A stretch of DNA of 62,457 bases from an uncultured Bacilli bacterium (GTDB lineage Bacteria; Bacillota_I; Bacilli_A; RF39; UBA660). Both the position numbers and the translations under genes were made by a program. The notes below the pieces were generated by a model, which was not told where the DNA came from, did no database searches, and saw only the letters and a program-made list of their open reading frames with translations. The stretch spans positions 1 through 62,457 of the forward strand of contig CANRPK010000005.1 in NCBI GenBank assembly GCA_947632455.1, in the 5' to 3' direction. Below, piece after piece: positions 18,005 through 28,212 of this stretch. Position 1 is the first letter of the stretch. Every line of letters starts with the position of its first letter.

Positions 18005-19019
18005 ATTGAAATTTCAACCGCACCACAAGGTGTGGTTTTTTGATATAATAAAAGAGCCCCACCCGGCAAGGAGGAACTCATAAATGTATTATACACAATT
18101 AACAGAAAAAAAGAAAGTAGAAATTGATATTTTACTAAAGCAAGGATTATCAATGAGAAAAGTAGGAAAAATATTAGGAATAAGTCATTCGACAATATCA
18201 AGATATAAAGCAGGAAAATATAAAAAAAGAAAAATAGATATAATAAAAAGATATGAAATATTTTTGAATTATTTATATAGTCAATATGATAGAAAAACAT
18301 GTTCAATAGAAATATGTATATATAAATTTAAAAAAAGGTATTTAGGAATAAAATGCCCAAGTATAAAACAAGTATATAATTGGATAAACAAAGGTAAAAT
18401 AGAATTACAAAAAGAGAATTTATGCTATAAAAAAAGAAGAGGAAAAAATAAAAGTGGAATGATGAGACATTTCCAATGGAATTTAGATAATAAAACAGTT
18501 TTACCAATAAGCTTAAGACCAAAATATATAGAAGAAAGAAATGAGAAAGGACATTTAGAAATTGATTCCATAGTAGGAAGAAGAAATGAGAATGAATCAA
18601 TAATATCAATAGTAGATAGATGTACAAGAAAAATATGGTTAATAAAAGCTCAATATAAAAATGAATACTATATAGATAAATTAATATACAATTACATATT
18701 AAAAAATGAAATAAAAGTAAAATCAATAACAGTAGACAATGGATTAGAATTTAATGCTTTAGGATTAACTGCAAAAAAACTAGGAGTTAAACTATATAAA
18801 TGTGATCCATATTGTTCATTTCAAAGAGGAACAAATGAAAGAATGAATGCAATGGTAAGAAGATTTATACCAAAAGGGAGTTCAATGAAAATGGTACCAC
18901 AGATCTATTTAGATGATATAAGTTTTGCGATTAATATTATGCCTAAAAAAATATTTGACTTTAAGTGTTCTTATGATGTAGAATTAATTTATTAAAAGTG
19001 GTGCGGTTGAAATTACAAT
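18005..19019 (+). mobile_element. IS30-family insertion sequence (~1.0 kb), apparently intact
   Basis: 22-bp terminal inverted repeats attgaaatttcaaccgcaccac (18005..18026) and gtggtgcggttgaaattacaat (18998..19019), matching 21/22. They enclose a single transposase ORF. Confidence 0.85.
18084..18995 (+). CDS. IS30-family DDE transposase
   Basis: N-terminal HTH (MRKVGKILGISHSTISRY). DDE region HLEIDSIVG...ITVDNGLEF...PYCSFQRGTNERMNAMVRRFIPKG. AGGAGG RBS. Confidence 0.9.
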   Translation: MYYTQLTEKKKVEIDILLKQGLSMRKVGKILGISHSTISRYKAGKYKKRKIDIIKRYEIFLNYLYSQYDRKTCSIEICIYKFKKRYLGIKCPSIKQVYNWINKGKIELQKENLCYKKRRGKNKSGMMRHFQWNLDNKTVLPISLRPKYIEERNEKGHLEIDSIVGRRNENESIISIVDRCTRKIWLIKAQYKNEYYIDKLIYNYILKNEIKVKSITVDNGLEFNALGLTAKKLGVKLYKCDPYCSFQRGTNERMNAMVRRFIPKGSSMKMVPQIYLDDISFAINIMPKKIFDFKCSYDVELIY

Positions 19020-19020
19020 A

Positions 19021-19043
19021 AAAAAAATAGCATACACTATTTT
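19021..19043. repeat. right copy of the 23-nt direct repeat; functional trmB terminator
   Basis: Identical to 17977..17999. Hairpin aaaatag/ctatttt with a T-run on the minus strand directly after the trmB stop. Confidence 0.85.
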
Positions 19044-19681
19044 TAATCATTAAAAGAAGCATCTAAATAATAAATGGGTCTACCCTCTTCATAATATTTC
19101 TTTTCAAAGTCAGTCATAATATTGGGAATAGGTATTTCATTATGATGTAAATCTAAGCTTACACGATTAAAGACATACCAATATTGTGATAATGTTTCTA
19201 AGGAATAAGCAAAAAGACCTTTATTATCAGTTTTTAATATAATATGTTTATGTTTTTTAAATATTTTATCATAAAGTTTTAAATAACTTTCATGAGTAAA
19301 TCTTTTACGTTCATCTATTTTTTTAGGCCAAGGCTCAGAAAATGTTAAATAAATAGTATTTATCTCTTTACCAAAGATACTATCTAAGTCTTTAGCATCG
19401 GCATTTATTAATTTTAGATTTGGTAAATTTTGATTAACTAATCTTTGAGTAGCCATGACCATTTGGGAATCTGATATTTCTAAACCAATAAAATTAAATT
19501 TGGGATAAGCTTTAGCCATATTAATGATAAAATCTCCCCGGCCCATCCCTAGTTCTAAGTTAATAGGATTATTGTTACCAAATAAACTAGACCATTTATT
19601 TTTATAAGCAGTTGGATTTTTAACTAAATAAGGACTACTACTGATAATTTTGCTAGCATCTTTTATTTTATTATATTCCAT
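19043..19681 (-). CDS. trmB: tRNA (guanine46-N7)-methyltransferase
   Basis: WSSLFGNNNPINLELGMGRGDF, IGLE, LTFSEPWPKK motifs; 212 aa. Confidence 0.9.
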   Translation of the reverse strand: MEYNKIKDASKIISSSPYLVKNPTAYKNKWSSLFGNNNPINLELGMGRGDFIINMAKAYPKFNFIGLEISDSQMVMATQRLVNQNLPNLKLINADAKDLDSIFGKEINTIYLTFSEPWPKKIDERKRFTHESYLKLYDKIFKKHKHIILKTDNKGLFAYSLETLSQYWYVFNRVSLDLHHNEIPIPNIMTDFEKKYYEEGRPIYYLDASFND

Positions 19682-19793
19682 AAAATCACTCCTTTAGGTA
19701 TTATAACATATAAAAGTTTATTTAGATATAAATATTTGACTTATTTAATTATTTATTATAGAATATAAAAAGTTTGGGAAGGAAAAATACTTT

Positions 19794-20888
19794 ATGAATA
19801 AAAAATTAAAAGATAAAAAGGACCCTACAATTTTATTTAAAAGAAAAAATTTAATAAAAAACACTAGTATTTTACTTGCATCTTTTATTTTATTTAATGT
19901 TTTAGAAGCTAAACCAAAAAAGAAAGATAATGAAGAAATACCAAGGATTTATGCCCATTACTACTTAAGACATTATGATTTAGAGCGAATGATTACATTA
20001 GCTAAAGCTTTTGATGATAATGCTAATACTCAAGATGTTAGTGAACCAACCGAGTATAATGATGATATTTTAACTAGTGAACCAATAATGGATGATGATA
20101 ATGCATATTATATTTTAGATATTAATGATCCTACTTTAGGTACTACTAGTGAAAAAGTACTTGAACAAACTGATGATATAACTGATGAAATTCAAGAAAT
20201 AGAAGAGCCTACTATATATAATGATTGGGGTTTACCTATTACAAAATTAGTTTTAGATGAAAGTATACTTGTTTCTAATGAAGAAAAAATAGCTTGGATT
20301 TTAGAGCATTTTAATTTAACTATGGAAGAATTTAATATCATAAAAGCTACTTGTCGTCATGAAGGTGGACCAAAATATTTTGATGGATATACAATTATAA
20401 ACAATCTTTATGATAGAACAATATCTTATGATTGGTCTCCTAATGAAGAACAAAGGAATTTATTTTATCAATTAACTAGAAGTGGACAATATAATTCTTA
20501 TTTATATGGCTATTACAAACAATTTTTAGATTTAACACCTGAAGAATGCCCGGCAGTGCAAGCAGTAATAGATTTTCTTTATTATAAAAGTACTGGTTGT
20601 CCAGTTATAGTGCATCCATTTTTGAATTTTTCTAAAGCTCCAGGATATCAATTTTCGATGACTGAAACTAATATTCAATTTAGAAATCCAATTCGTACAG
20701 ATGACTATATTAATCAAAACTTTATTTGTATTTCAGAACAAGAATTATATGATATTTCACAAGTAGGTGGATTTGCAAATTACTATTTAAGTAAATTAGA
20801 ATTAGAAAATCCTCAAGATGAAAATGAACAAGCTACTTATTCTATTCCTACTTTAGAAAAAGGCATGCAAAGAATTAGAAGACTATAA
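19794..20888 (+). CDS. secreted/anchored hypothetical protein, possible SleB/Hydrolase_2-like cell-wall hydrolase domain
   Basis: N-terminal anchor and an acidic linker. The C-terminal region ATCRHEGG..IINNLYDR..QYNSY loosely resembles the cell-wall hydrolase family; weak. Confidence 0.55.
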   Translation: MNKKLKDKKDPTILFKRKNLIKNTSILLASFILFNVLEAKPKKKDNEEIPRIYAHYYLRHYDLERMITLAKAFDDNANTQDVSEPTEYNDDILTSEPIMDDDNAYYILDINDPTLGTTSEKVLEQTDDITDEIQEIEEPTIYNDWGLPITKLVLDESILVSNEEKIAWILEHFNLTMEEFNIIKATCRHEGGPKYFDGYTIINNLYDRTISYDWSPNEEQRNLFYQLTRSGQYNSYLYGYYKQFLDLTPEECPAVQAVIDFLYYKSTGCPVIVHPFLNFSKAPGYQFSMTETNIQFRNPIRTDDYINQNFICISEQELYDISQVGGFANYYLSKLELENPQDENEQATYSIPTLEKGMQRIRRL

Positions 20889-20899
20889 TGGTCTTCTTT

Positions 20900-22843
20900 T
20901 TATTTAAATACTTTACTATAATAGTTATTATTTATTATTAATTTACTCATAGTTATTTTATTATTAACTATTTGGTTCATTTGTCTAACATAATTATTAT
21001 CAACATCTGTAGTAGATGGGACAAACTTATTAGTTGCGGCATAATATATTCCTTTATCAGTAGCCCAACTACGATTATCAAATATTGCTAAACCTTCCGT
21101 GGTACTTAAGATATCTTTACCAATAAAAAGACGAGAATCATAGTCTATACCAAAAGCATTATATATAGTAGGAATAACATCTATTTGACTACCTACTTTA
21201 TCTATGGTTACTTTAGACATTTTATTATTCCATAAGATAAAATTACTTTTATTTACTGTAACATTAATATCACGTTTAAAATCACTTATTTCATTTACTT
21301 CGGAAATACTTAATTCATAAGGATAATGATCGCCGACTAATGCTATAACAGTATCATCTAATCTACCCTTTTCTTCTAATTTATCAATTAATAATTTTAA
21401 AGCTTGATCAAGTTCCATTTGAGCGGCTAAATAAGAGGCTGGTCCCTCAGAGTATGGTAAGTTAAAACTTTGATATTCAGCTTTATGTTTTAATGCCATA
21501 GCATTAGATGAAAAGGCATAATCAGAATGCCCGGATACAGTCGCATAAAATACCATAAATTTATCTTCATTAATATAATCATCTAAAGTAGCATTAATCA
21601 TTTCAACATCACTTTGAGGCCATGTATTACACTTAATTAATTTTTCTAGGCCATTATAACAGGCTTTATAATTATTAAAACCTAAACTTTTTAAATATCT
21701 ATCACGATTTTGAAAATTATAACTATTATTATGATAGGCAAAAGTTTGATAGTTTAGCGAAGCAAATTTTGTGGCTATTCCTTCTGGGAAAGAAATATTT
21801 CCCCCTCTAAATTTTGATAAAACACTTAAATCCGCGGCATACAAGCCAGTTAATTCTTGAAATTCACCACCAATAGTACTATATATAGTTGGAGTATAAA
21901 AATTAGTAAATTCAAAACCACTATGGATTAATTCATATAAAGTTGGGGTTAATTCTTTTTTAACCGCTATTTCATTAAAACTTTCAGCCATAAATAAGAT
22001 AAGATTTTTATCTTTAAAAATGCCGGTATATTCATTTTTTAAAGTTCCGGGTTCATTTAGCATATATTCATGAATTTGTTTAATGGTAGAATTAGTTTCA
22101 TTTTCTTTTAAACTAGCAAAATCAATATCTAAATTATTATAAGTATATACTTTTGGCTCTTCAGGGGTTGGTTCAGGTCGATTAGGTTCAGGAGAATTTC
22201 CAATGACAATTTGGTCTTTAAAGCCAAATATAGTTCTTATGGTATCGGTCCAAAAAGTGTTGATAATTCCTAAGTTTTCCACATGAAGAGAAACATCATT
22301 TACTTCATAAGTTAAAATATATGGCGAATATGTTGCTTCTTTATGAATATTTAAACTTAACAGATAAGTACCTACAAATACAATAAATAATAATATATTT
22401 AGGAAAAAACGTTTTAAAGATTGTTGTGTAAAATTTAGCTTTTTATGAAAAATTATATTTAAAATTAAAGGAATAAAAATAATAATTAAGATAGGCAAAC
22501 GTTTTAAAACTTCACCTACGCCTTTTTGGACAAAGCTACCAATTTGATCAGCTAATTTAAAAGCACTCCAAGAAAGATAAAAGCCAAAATAACTCTTTAA
22601 AACATAATTGATACTAAACCAAAGAGTTATAATAGATAAAATAATAAAATAGATAGTTTTATTTACTTTTTCTTTTTTAAATATTTTAGTTAAAGTGGTT
22701 AAAATAATACTAACAGCCATTAAAAAGATTACCATATTAATGGTACTTAACTGAAATATAGGTTCTTTTACTACTACTTTAATTGATAACTCTAAAATAA
22801 TTAATGTTAAAAAATAGCTAATACTTAAATCAATTTTTTTCAT
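20900..22843 (-). CDS. LTA synthase family protein (LtaS-type sulfatase-fold enzyme)
   Basis: 5 N-terminal TM helices plus an extracellular domain with LILFMAESF and GDHYPY motifs; 647 aa. Confidence 0.88.
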   Translation of the reverse strand: MKKIDLSISYFLTLIILELSIKVVVKEPIFQLSTINMVIFLMAVSIILTTLTKIFKKEKVNKTIYFIILSIITLWFSINYVLKSYFGFYLSWSAFKLADQIGSFVQKGVGEVLKRLPILIIIFIPLILNIIFHKKLNFTQQSLKRFFLNILLFIVFVGTYLLSLNIHKEATYSPYILTYEVNDVSLHVENLGIINTFWTDTIRTIFGFKDQIVIGNSPEPNRPEPTPEEPKVYTYNNLDIDFASLKENETNSTIKQIHEYMLNEPGTLKNEYTGIFKDKNLILFMAESFNEIAVKKELTPTLYELIHSGFEFTNFYTPTIYSTIGGEFQELTGLYAADLSVLSKFRGGNISFPEGIATKFASLNYQTFAYHNNSYNFQNRDRYLKSLGFNNYKACYNGLEKLIKCNTWPQSDVEMINATLDDYINEDKFMVFYATVSGHSDYAFSSNAMALKHKAEYQSFNLPYSEGPASYLAAQMELDQALKLLIDKLEEKGRLDDTVIALVGDHYPYELSISEVNEISDFKRDINVTVNKSNFILWNNKMSKVTIDKVGSQIDVIPTIYNAFGIDYDSRLFIGKDILSTTEGLAIFDNRSWATDKGIYYAATNKFVPSTTDVDNNYVRQMNQIVNNKITMSKLIINNNYYSKVFK

Positions 22844-22857
22844 AGTAACGCTTGTTT

Positions 22858-23214
22858 TTAATCTCTTTCGGAGAATGATTTAATTATTTCGCCAGTTTTA
22901 GCGTTAAGATAATAATCATATTCTAAGCGATTATATTTAAAATCAATATCATATACTGTAGTATTATACTTATGATCAAGTTCAATACTTAAATCATATA
23001 AATCAGTTTGGGCTATATCAAGATTATTTAAAACAATATTTAAAGCTTCCTCTTTAGATATATAACCACTTTCTTGGGGATTATTAGTGCGATAATCTAA
23101 TTCATTATCAATATAATCTTCTAAATGTTCGGTTTTTAAATAAAAGAAAATACTTGTGCCTAGTAAAATAACAATTACTATTAGGCCAATTATTCTATCA
23201 ATAGTTAATTTCAT
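22858..23214 (-). CDS. membrane-anchored PepSY domain protein
   Basis: TM anchor plus ISKEEALNIVL...YDIDFKYNRLEYDYYLNAKTGEII. Confidence 0.7.
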   Translation of the reverse strand: MKLTIDRIIGLIVIVILLGTSIFFYLKTEHLEDYIDNELDYRTNNPQESGYISKEEALNIVLNNLDIAQTDLYDLSIELDHKYNTTVYDIDFKYNRLEYDYYLNAKTGEIIKSFSERD

Positions 23215-23290
23215 ATGTACCTCTTTCTATATTTTTATTGTAGATAAAATATAGATAAATGTCAATAATGATACTTAAAAATAATATAAG

Positions 23291-24355
23291 TTATTTTTTA
23301 AGTGTAAAGCTTTCATTTACTAATAAAGTACTATTTAAAAATAATATATCTTGATTAGTAAAAGTAATAAGATTTAGAAAACTTTTAGAACCAATATAAC
23401 GATTATCTATAACTGTAATCTTTTGATAATATGGAATTAATAATGGTATAATACTACTTCCAAAGGAATCTCGGAAGATTACTAATTCTTTAGAGTTTTG
23501 ACTTAAAGGATTTTCAATTTCAATGTAGGCACTAGCTCCATCTAAGAAAACTTCATAGGGATCAAAACTGGTTAATTTATCTTCATTATATACTTTAGTT
23601 AATTTAGGATTTTCTAAATATTCTACTTTAGCATTTTGGGTATATATATCAGTTAAATATATTAGCGTATCTTTAGGTGAATTAATCGCGGCCTCTTGAT
23701 AATATACACCTTTAAAGCTAGGATATTTATTATATGTATGATTAATAGTTATGGGAGTATTTCCCATGCTAGTAGCAATTACACTCGCAGTATCAAGAAG
23801 TTTTTCTTGACGCCAGTGAGTATCAGTTAAATAATAGCTTTCTAAATTTAAAGTATTTCGAAGATCAATATTTTTAAAAGGTAAGGACATTACTTCTTGA
23901 TATATATCTTCATAATTTAACTGTAAGAAATTCTTTTTAGTTATATAATAGTTTTTATCAGGAATTAAAGCTAAATAAATATGATTATTAGATGTAAAAT
24001 TGGCACTTATCTTACTTAAGTAATCTATATAGTTATTTAATGATTTATAATTAGTGGGATATAAAGTTTTATAAATACCATCTTGATATAGAATAACATC
24101 ATTATTTTCTTCTTTAAATAAAAGATTATAGTTATAATAGGCTTTAATACTCCGAAAAGTATCACGAAATGGAAATTGATCTAAAAGATAACTTTCTAAA
24201 GTGGCTGAATAAGCACTATCTAATTTAAATTCAGGAAATTCTTTTAAATATCTTTTTTCTGTATAACTAATTTTTTTATCAGGCATAATAATAGCAATTA
24301 ATGTTAGACCATAGATAATAAGAAGAAAACTAATAATTAAAAATTTATTTTTCAT
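23291..24355 (-). CDS. DHHW family protein (SGNH-like partner of MBOAT acyltransferases)
   Basis: YLTDTHWRQEK motif and an N-terminal anchor. Start moved to the ATG at 24355 (GAGGTG RBS); the ORF-track start is the GTG within the RBS. Confidence 0.8.
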   Translation of the reverse strand: MKNKFLIISFLLIIYGLTLIAIIMPDKKISYTEKRYLKEFPEFKLDSAYSATLESYLLDQFPFRDTFRSIKAYYNYNLLFKEENNDVILYQDGIYKTLYPTNYKSLNNYIDYLSKISANFTSNNHIYLALIPDKNYYITKKNFLQLNYEDIYQEVMSLPFKNIDLRNTLNLESYYLTDTHWRQEKLLDTASVIATSMGNTPITINHTYNKYPSFKGVYYQEAAINSPKDTLIYLTDIYTQNAKVEYLENPKLTKVYNEDKLTSFDPYEVFLDGASAYIEIENPLSQNSKELVIFRDSFGSSIIPLLIPYYQKITVIDNRYIGSKSFLNLITFTNQDILFLNSTLLVNESFTLKK

Positions 24356-24364
24356 AAACACCTC

Positions 24365-25747
24365 TTAAAAACGAAAATATAAGAATGGATTAAATGATGC
24401 ATCTATTAAAAAGGCAATACTAAGTATAAACACTAAGATTAAAGTTAGGGGTTCGATAATATTTAGTATGGGAGCTATTTTAGTATTTTGTAATTTTGTA
24501 TATAATTTGGATAATATAGGGGTAGCGCATATAATAGCTATAATAATTAGAATTAAATAATCTTTTAAATAAAAGATAGTTGATTTATCTATAAATGGAA
24601 TATTATTTAAGAAAAACATATTTTTTAATTCTATAAATATTGTAGATATATTATCAGTACTAAAGATTAGGAAACTAATTATAACAATAATTAAAGTATA
24701 TAGATGGTTTAAAATATGAAATTTAGTTAGATATTTAGCAAGAAATAATTTTTCAATTATTAATAATATACCAAAATATAAGCCCCATAAAACAAAGTTC
24801 CAATTAGCTCCATGCCATAAACCAGTTAATAACCAAACAATTAAAATATTTCTTAACCATTTTAATGTATTAACCCGATTACCTCCTAAAGGAATATAGA
24901 CATAATCTCTAAACCAACTAGATAAAGAGATATGCCATCTTCGCCAAAAGTCTGTAATAGAATTAGCAATGAGTGGATAATTAAAATTAGCAAGAAAATG
25001 ATAACCTAGCATTAAACCTAAACCGATAGCCATATCACTATAACCAGAAAAATCAAAATAAATTTGTAATGTATAACAGATCGGTTTTAACCAGGAAGAT
25101 ATTATAGTTTGAGTGGTTAACTTTAAAATTAATTCACCTAAAACATTAGCTAAAAGAACTTTCTTAGCTAAACCGATTATAAATATTTTAATACCTTTTG
25201 CAAAGTCTTCAAGGGTCGTACTTGATTTTTTTAAATCTTCTTTAATGTCGGTAAAACGAACGATAGGACCCGCGACTAATTGGGGAAATAAAGTTAAATA
25301 ACAAGAAAATTCAATAATATTAGAAGCAGGTTTATGTTTATGATTATAAACATCAATTAAATAAGATAGAGCTTGAAAAGTATAAAAACTTATACCAATA
25401 GGAAGAGCAATATGAATGATAGGTATATCTAAGTTAAATAAATTATGAATGTTAGTTAATATAAAAGTTGTATATTTAAAATATACTAACATACCTATAT
25501 TATAGATTAAACCTATTATTAAAAATAATTTACTTGATTTATTTTTTTTAGCAATAATAATACTTAAATAATAATTAATAACACAAGATAATATTAAATA
25601 TATAACATATTTAGGTTCTCCTAAAAAATAGAAAATTAAACTAAATAACAAGAGAACTATATTACGATATTTTTTGGGAGTAACAAAATATAAAAGCAAT
25701 AAAGCTGTTAAAAAATAAAAGATAAATAAAATACTGGAAAAGACCAT
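24365..25747 (-). CDS. MBOAT family O-acyltransferase (AlgI/DltB/PatA-like)
   Basis: FWRRWHISLSSWFRDYVYIPLGGNR with the catalytic His; polytopic, 460 aa. Confidence 0.9.
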   Translation of the reverse strand: MVFSSILFIFYFLTALLLLYFVTPKKYRNIVLLLFSLIFYFLGEPKYVIYLILSCVINYYLSIIIAKKNKSSKLFLIIGLIYNIGMLVYFKYTTFILTNIHNLFNLDIPIIHIALPIGISFYTFQALSYLIDVYNHKHKPASNIIEFSCYLTLFPQLVAGPIVRFTDIKEDLKKSSTTLEDFAKGIKIFIIGLAKKVLLANVLGELILKLTTQTIISSWLKPICYTLQIYFDFSGYSDMAIGLGLMLGYHFLANFNYPLIANSITDFWRRWHISLSSWFRDYVYIPLGGNRVNTLKWLRNILIVWLLTGLWHGANWNFVLWGLYFGILLIIEKLFLAKYLTKFHILNHLYTLIIVIISFLIFSTDNISTIFIELKNMFFLNNIPFIDKSTIFYLKDYLILIIIAIICATPILSKLYTKLQNTKIAPILNIIEPLTLILVFILSIAFLIDASFNPFLYFRF

Positions 25748-25755
25748 ATTAAACC

Positions 25756-26235
25756 TTATAGATTATCAAAATTTTTAGAAATAGTATTACGAATATCTTG
25801 ATCTTTAATAACTATTGCAATAATTAAATTACCTTTATTTTTAATGATTACATCTTCAGGTTCTACCCAAACACATATCCATTTACGAGGATTAATATTT
25901 TGTTTAATGCTCTCTTTAATTTTTTCTAAATCCGCATCATCTTTAGCTCTTAATAAAACAGTTGAGTGAGCAATAGAGCCAATTAATGGTTCACGAGCAA
26001 GAGCTTCTTGATAGTCAATAGAACTAGTTCCAACAAAATTAGCAATATTATCATCATTTAATTCAATATTTTCAGTTAATGGTGTTTTATCAGGATCTAA
26101 TCCTTCATAAAGTTTATCCATTATTTCAGGTAAAGTTCCCTCGATATTTTGTTCTTTAGTTTTACCACATCCCACTGATGTTAGTAGTAAAATACTAATA
26201 ATAACTAACATACTTATTTTTTTAATTTTATTCAT
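25756..26235 (-). CDS. DUF4358-like lipoprotein
   Basis: Signal peptide ending in SVGCGK. The pattern SIAHSTVLLRAKDDADLEKIKESIKQ...W resembles DUF4358 proteins that accompany MBOAT/DHHW pairs. Confidence 0.6.
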   Translation of the reverse strand: MNKIKKISMLVIISILLLTSVGCGKTKEQNIEGTLPEIMDKLYEGLDPDKTPLTENIELNDDNIANFVGTSSIDYQEALAREPLIGSIAHSTVLLRAKDDADLEKIKESIKQNINPRKWICVWVEPEDVIIKNKGNLIIAIVIKDQDIRNTISKNFDNL

Positions 26236-26291
26236 TTTCTTTCCCTCTTTCTACATATATGATAACATAAAAAAAAGAATATAGCTAGGTG

Positions 26292-26924
26292 CTAGAATTC
26301 CTTTTTAAGATATATTTTTTCTGATATTTTATAAGATACATAAACCATAATAATCGCGACTAATATTAAAATTATAATTAAATAATCTTCTAAAAAAGCA
26401 AGGGCTTTTAAAATATTTGATAAATCTACAAAATTTGCAAGTAAACTACCAATAATAACTATACCAAATACTATTAAAAAGATACCAATTCGCGCTTTTT
26501 CAACCCCTAATTTATAAATAATTGGATACATAATAGTTAAAACTAATAATGTTCCAAATACTGTACCAAACATTGTTACTAATATTTGTTCATAGTTAAT
26601 AGATTGGGTATTTATATAAGAGATAATGAAAGATAAAATAGTTGTAATTATAGAAACAATAAAAGTCATTAGAAGTGTGGTTATATATTTAGATTTTACA
26701 CTATTTTTTCGGCCATTAGGAAGTGAAATAGAATAAGCATCCCATTTATTATAGTTATCATAACTAAATGAAGAAATCATTATCATTACACACATAAATG
26801 GTAAGATAAAAGATATATCCATTTTTTCCATTAAACCCATTATGGCATATATAACAATTAATACTCCTAGTAATTTAAAATTACTTTTAATCATGGCTAA
26901 ATCTTTTTTAATAAATCCTATCAT
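26292..26924 (-). CDS. ABC-2 type transporter permease
   Basis: 210 aa, 6 TM helices, translationally coupled (ATGA overlap) to the ATPase. Confidence 0.7.
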   Translation of the reverse strand: MIGFIKKDLAMIKSNFKLLGVLIVIYAIMGLMEKMDISFILPFMCVMIMISSFSYDNYNKWDAYSISLPNGRKNSVKSKYITTLLMTFIVSIITTILSFIISYINTQSINYEQILVTMFGTVFGTLLVLTIMYPIIYKLGVEKARIGIFLIVFGIVIIGSLLANFVDLSNILKALAFLEDYLIIILILVAIIMVYVSYKISEKIYLKKEF

Positions 26925-27781
26925 TATTCTTCCCCCTTAATCATTAAAACCATAAGGTCATCTAAAGTTATTTTATCAATTACAGAAATGTTATATTTGG
27001 TTTTAAATTCTTTTTTATTAGGAACTAATACCTCATATTCATATTTTGATTTTTTATACTTAATATAATCTTGTTTAGCAATATCTTTAAATTCATTTTT
27101 GGTACATTTTGCTATTCCATAATTATCTAATAAATCATTGGTAGTTTTTGATAAAACAATTTCGCCATTATTTATAAAAGTTATATAATCAGCAATATGT
27201 TCTAAATCCGTGGTAATATGACTAGAAAGTAAAATAGAACATTCATCTTTTTCTAGTATACTTTGAAATATTTGAATTACTTCGGCTCTTGCGACTGGAT
27301 CAAGTCCTGAGGTTGGTTCATCTAATATTAAAAGTTTAGGATGATGAGATAAGGCTGTTGCTATTTCTAGTTTTTTTCTCATACCTTTAGAAAAAGTTTT
27401 AATTTGTTTATTAGGCGCTAAAGAAAATTCTTTTAAATAATCATTAAACATTTTGGAATCCCAATTTTTATAAATACCTTGCATGGTATTATTTATATCA
27501 TTTGGTGTAAGAATTTCCGGAAAAAACATATCATCTAAAACAACTCCAATATTTTCTTTTATTTCTTTATCATTTTTGTGATTATCTAAGCCAAAAATTT
27601 TAATTTCTCCACTATATTTAGTATAGATATTTAATATTGATTTGATAGTCGTAGTTTTACCTGAGCCATTTTCCCCAATAATTCCCATGATCATTCCTTT
27701 AGGTAAAGTAAAGCTGACATTTTTTAATTCAAAGCCAGGAAAAGTTTTAGTTAAATTTTTTACTTCTAATATATTTTCCAT
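26924..27781 (-). CDS. ABC transporter ATP-binding protein
   Basis: GENGSGKTT Walker A, FSKGMRKKL signature, LLILDEPTSGLD Walker B. Confidence 0.9.
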   Translation of the reverse strand: MENILEVKNLTKTFPGFELKNVSFTLPKGMIMGIIGENGSGKTTTIKSILNIYTKYSGEIKIFGLDNHKNDKEIKENIGVVLDDMFFPEILTPNDINNTMQGIYKNWDSKMFNDYLKEFSLAPNKQIKTFSKGMRKKLEIATALSHHPKLLILDEPTSGLDPVARAEVIQIFQSILEKDECSILLSSHITTDLEHIADYITFINNGEIVLSKTTNDLLDNYGIAKCTKNEFKDIAKQDYIKYKKSKYEYEVLVPNKKEFKTKYNISVIDKITLDDLMVLMIKGEE

Positions 27782-28156
27782 TTAGTCCTCCTCGTATAAA
27801 ATATTTAGCATTTTTATAATATCATCTTTAGATATATTATTTACTTTAGCAAAATTTATGGCATTATCTAATAAGTTTTCTAATTTATTAATTTCGGCCT
27901 CTTTAGCTATTTCATGATTTATTTTAGCAACATATATTCCTTTAGAGGGAATAGTTTTAACAAAACCTTCTTTTTCTAATTCTTCATAAGCATTTTTAGT
28001 AGTGATGACACTACAATGAAGATCTTTAGCTAAAGTTCTAATTGAAGGAAGTTGCTCTCCTTCCATTAATTCTTTCGAAATTATTTTACTTTTTATTTGA
28101 CTAGTTATTTGTTCATAAATAGCTACCCCACTAGAATTACTGATAATTATTTCCAT
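27782..28156 (-). CDS. GntR family (YtrA subfamily) transcriptional regulator
   Basis: QLPSIRTLAKDLHCSVITTKNAYEELEKEGFV winged HTH with a short C-terminus (124 aa), followed by ABC genes. Confidence 0.88.
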   Translation of the reverse strand: MEIIISNSSGVAIYEQITSQIKSKIISKELMEGEQLPSIRTLAKDLHCSVITTKNAYEELEKEGFVKTIPSKGIYVAKINHEIAKEAEINKLENLLDNAINFAKVNNISKDDIIKMLNILYEED

Positions 28157-28167
28157 AAATTGCCTTT

Positions 28168-28201
28168 CTGTATATATTTATTATATACAGATTATATACA
28201 G
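28168..28201. promoter_or_regulatory. candidate YtrA-type operator: palindrome plus an extra half-site
   Basis: CTGTATATA (28168..28176) - tttat - TATATACAG (28182..28190), then a third TATATACAG at 28193..28201. It lies 12-45 nt upstream of the GntR start. Confidence 0.45.
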
Positions 28202-28212
28202 ATGTCAAGATA

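Noticed and set aside
18001-18726. Two minus-strand ORFs (18001..18306 and 18328..18726) inside the IS element
   Set aside because: They are antisense to a transposase with clear HTH and DDE motifs, and their translations are F/L/I/Y low-complexity strings typical of AT-rich antisense frames.
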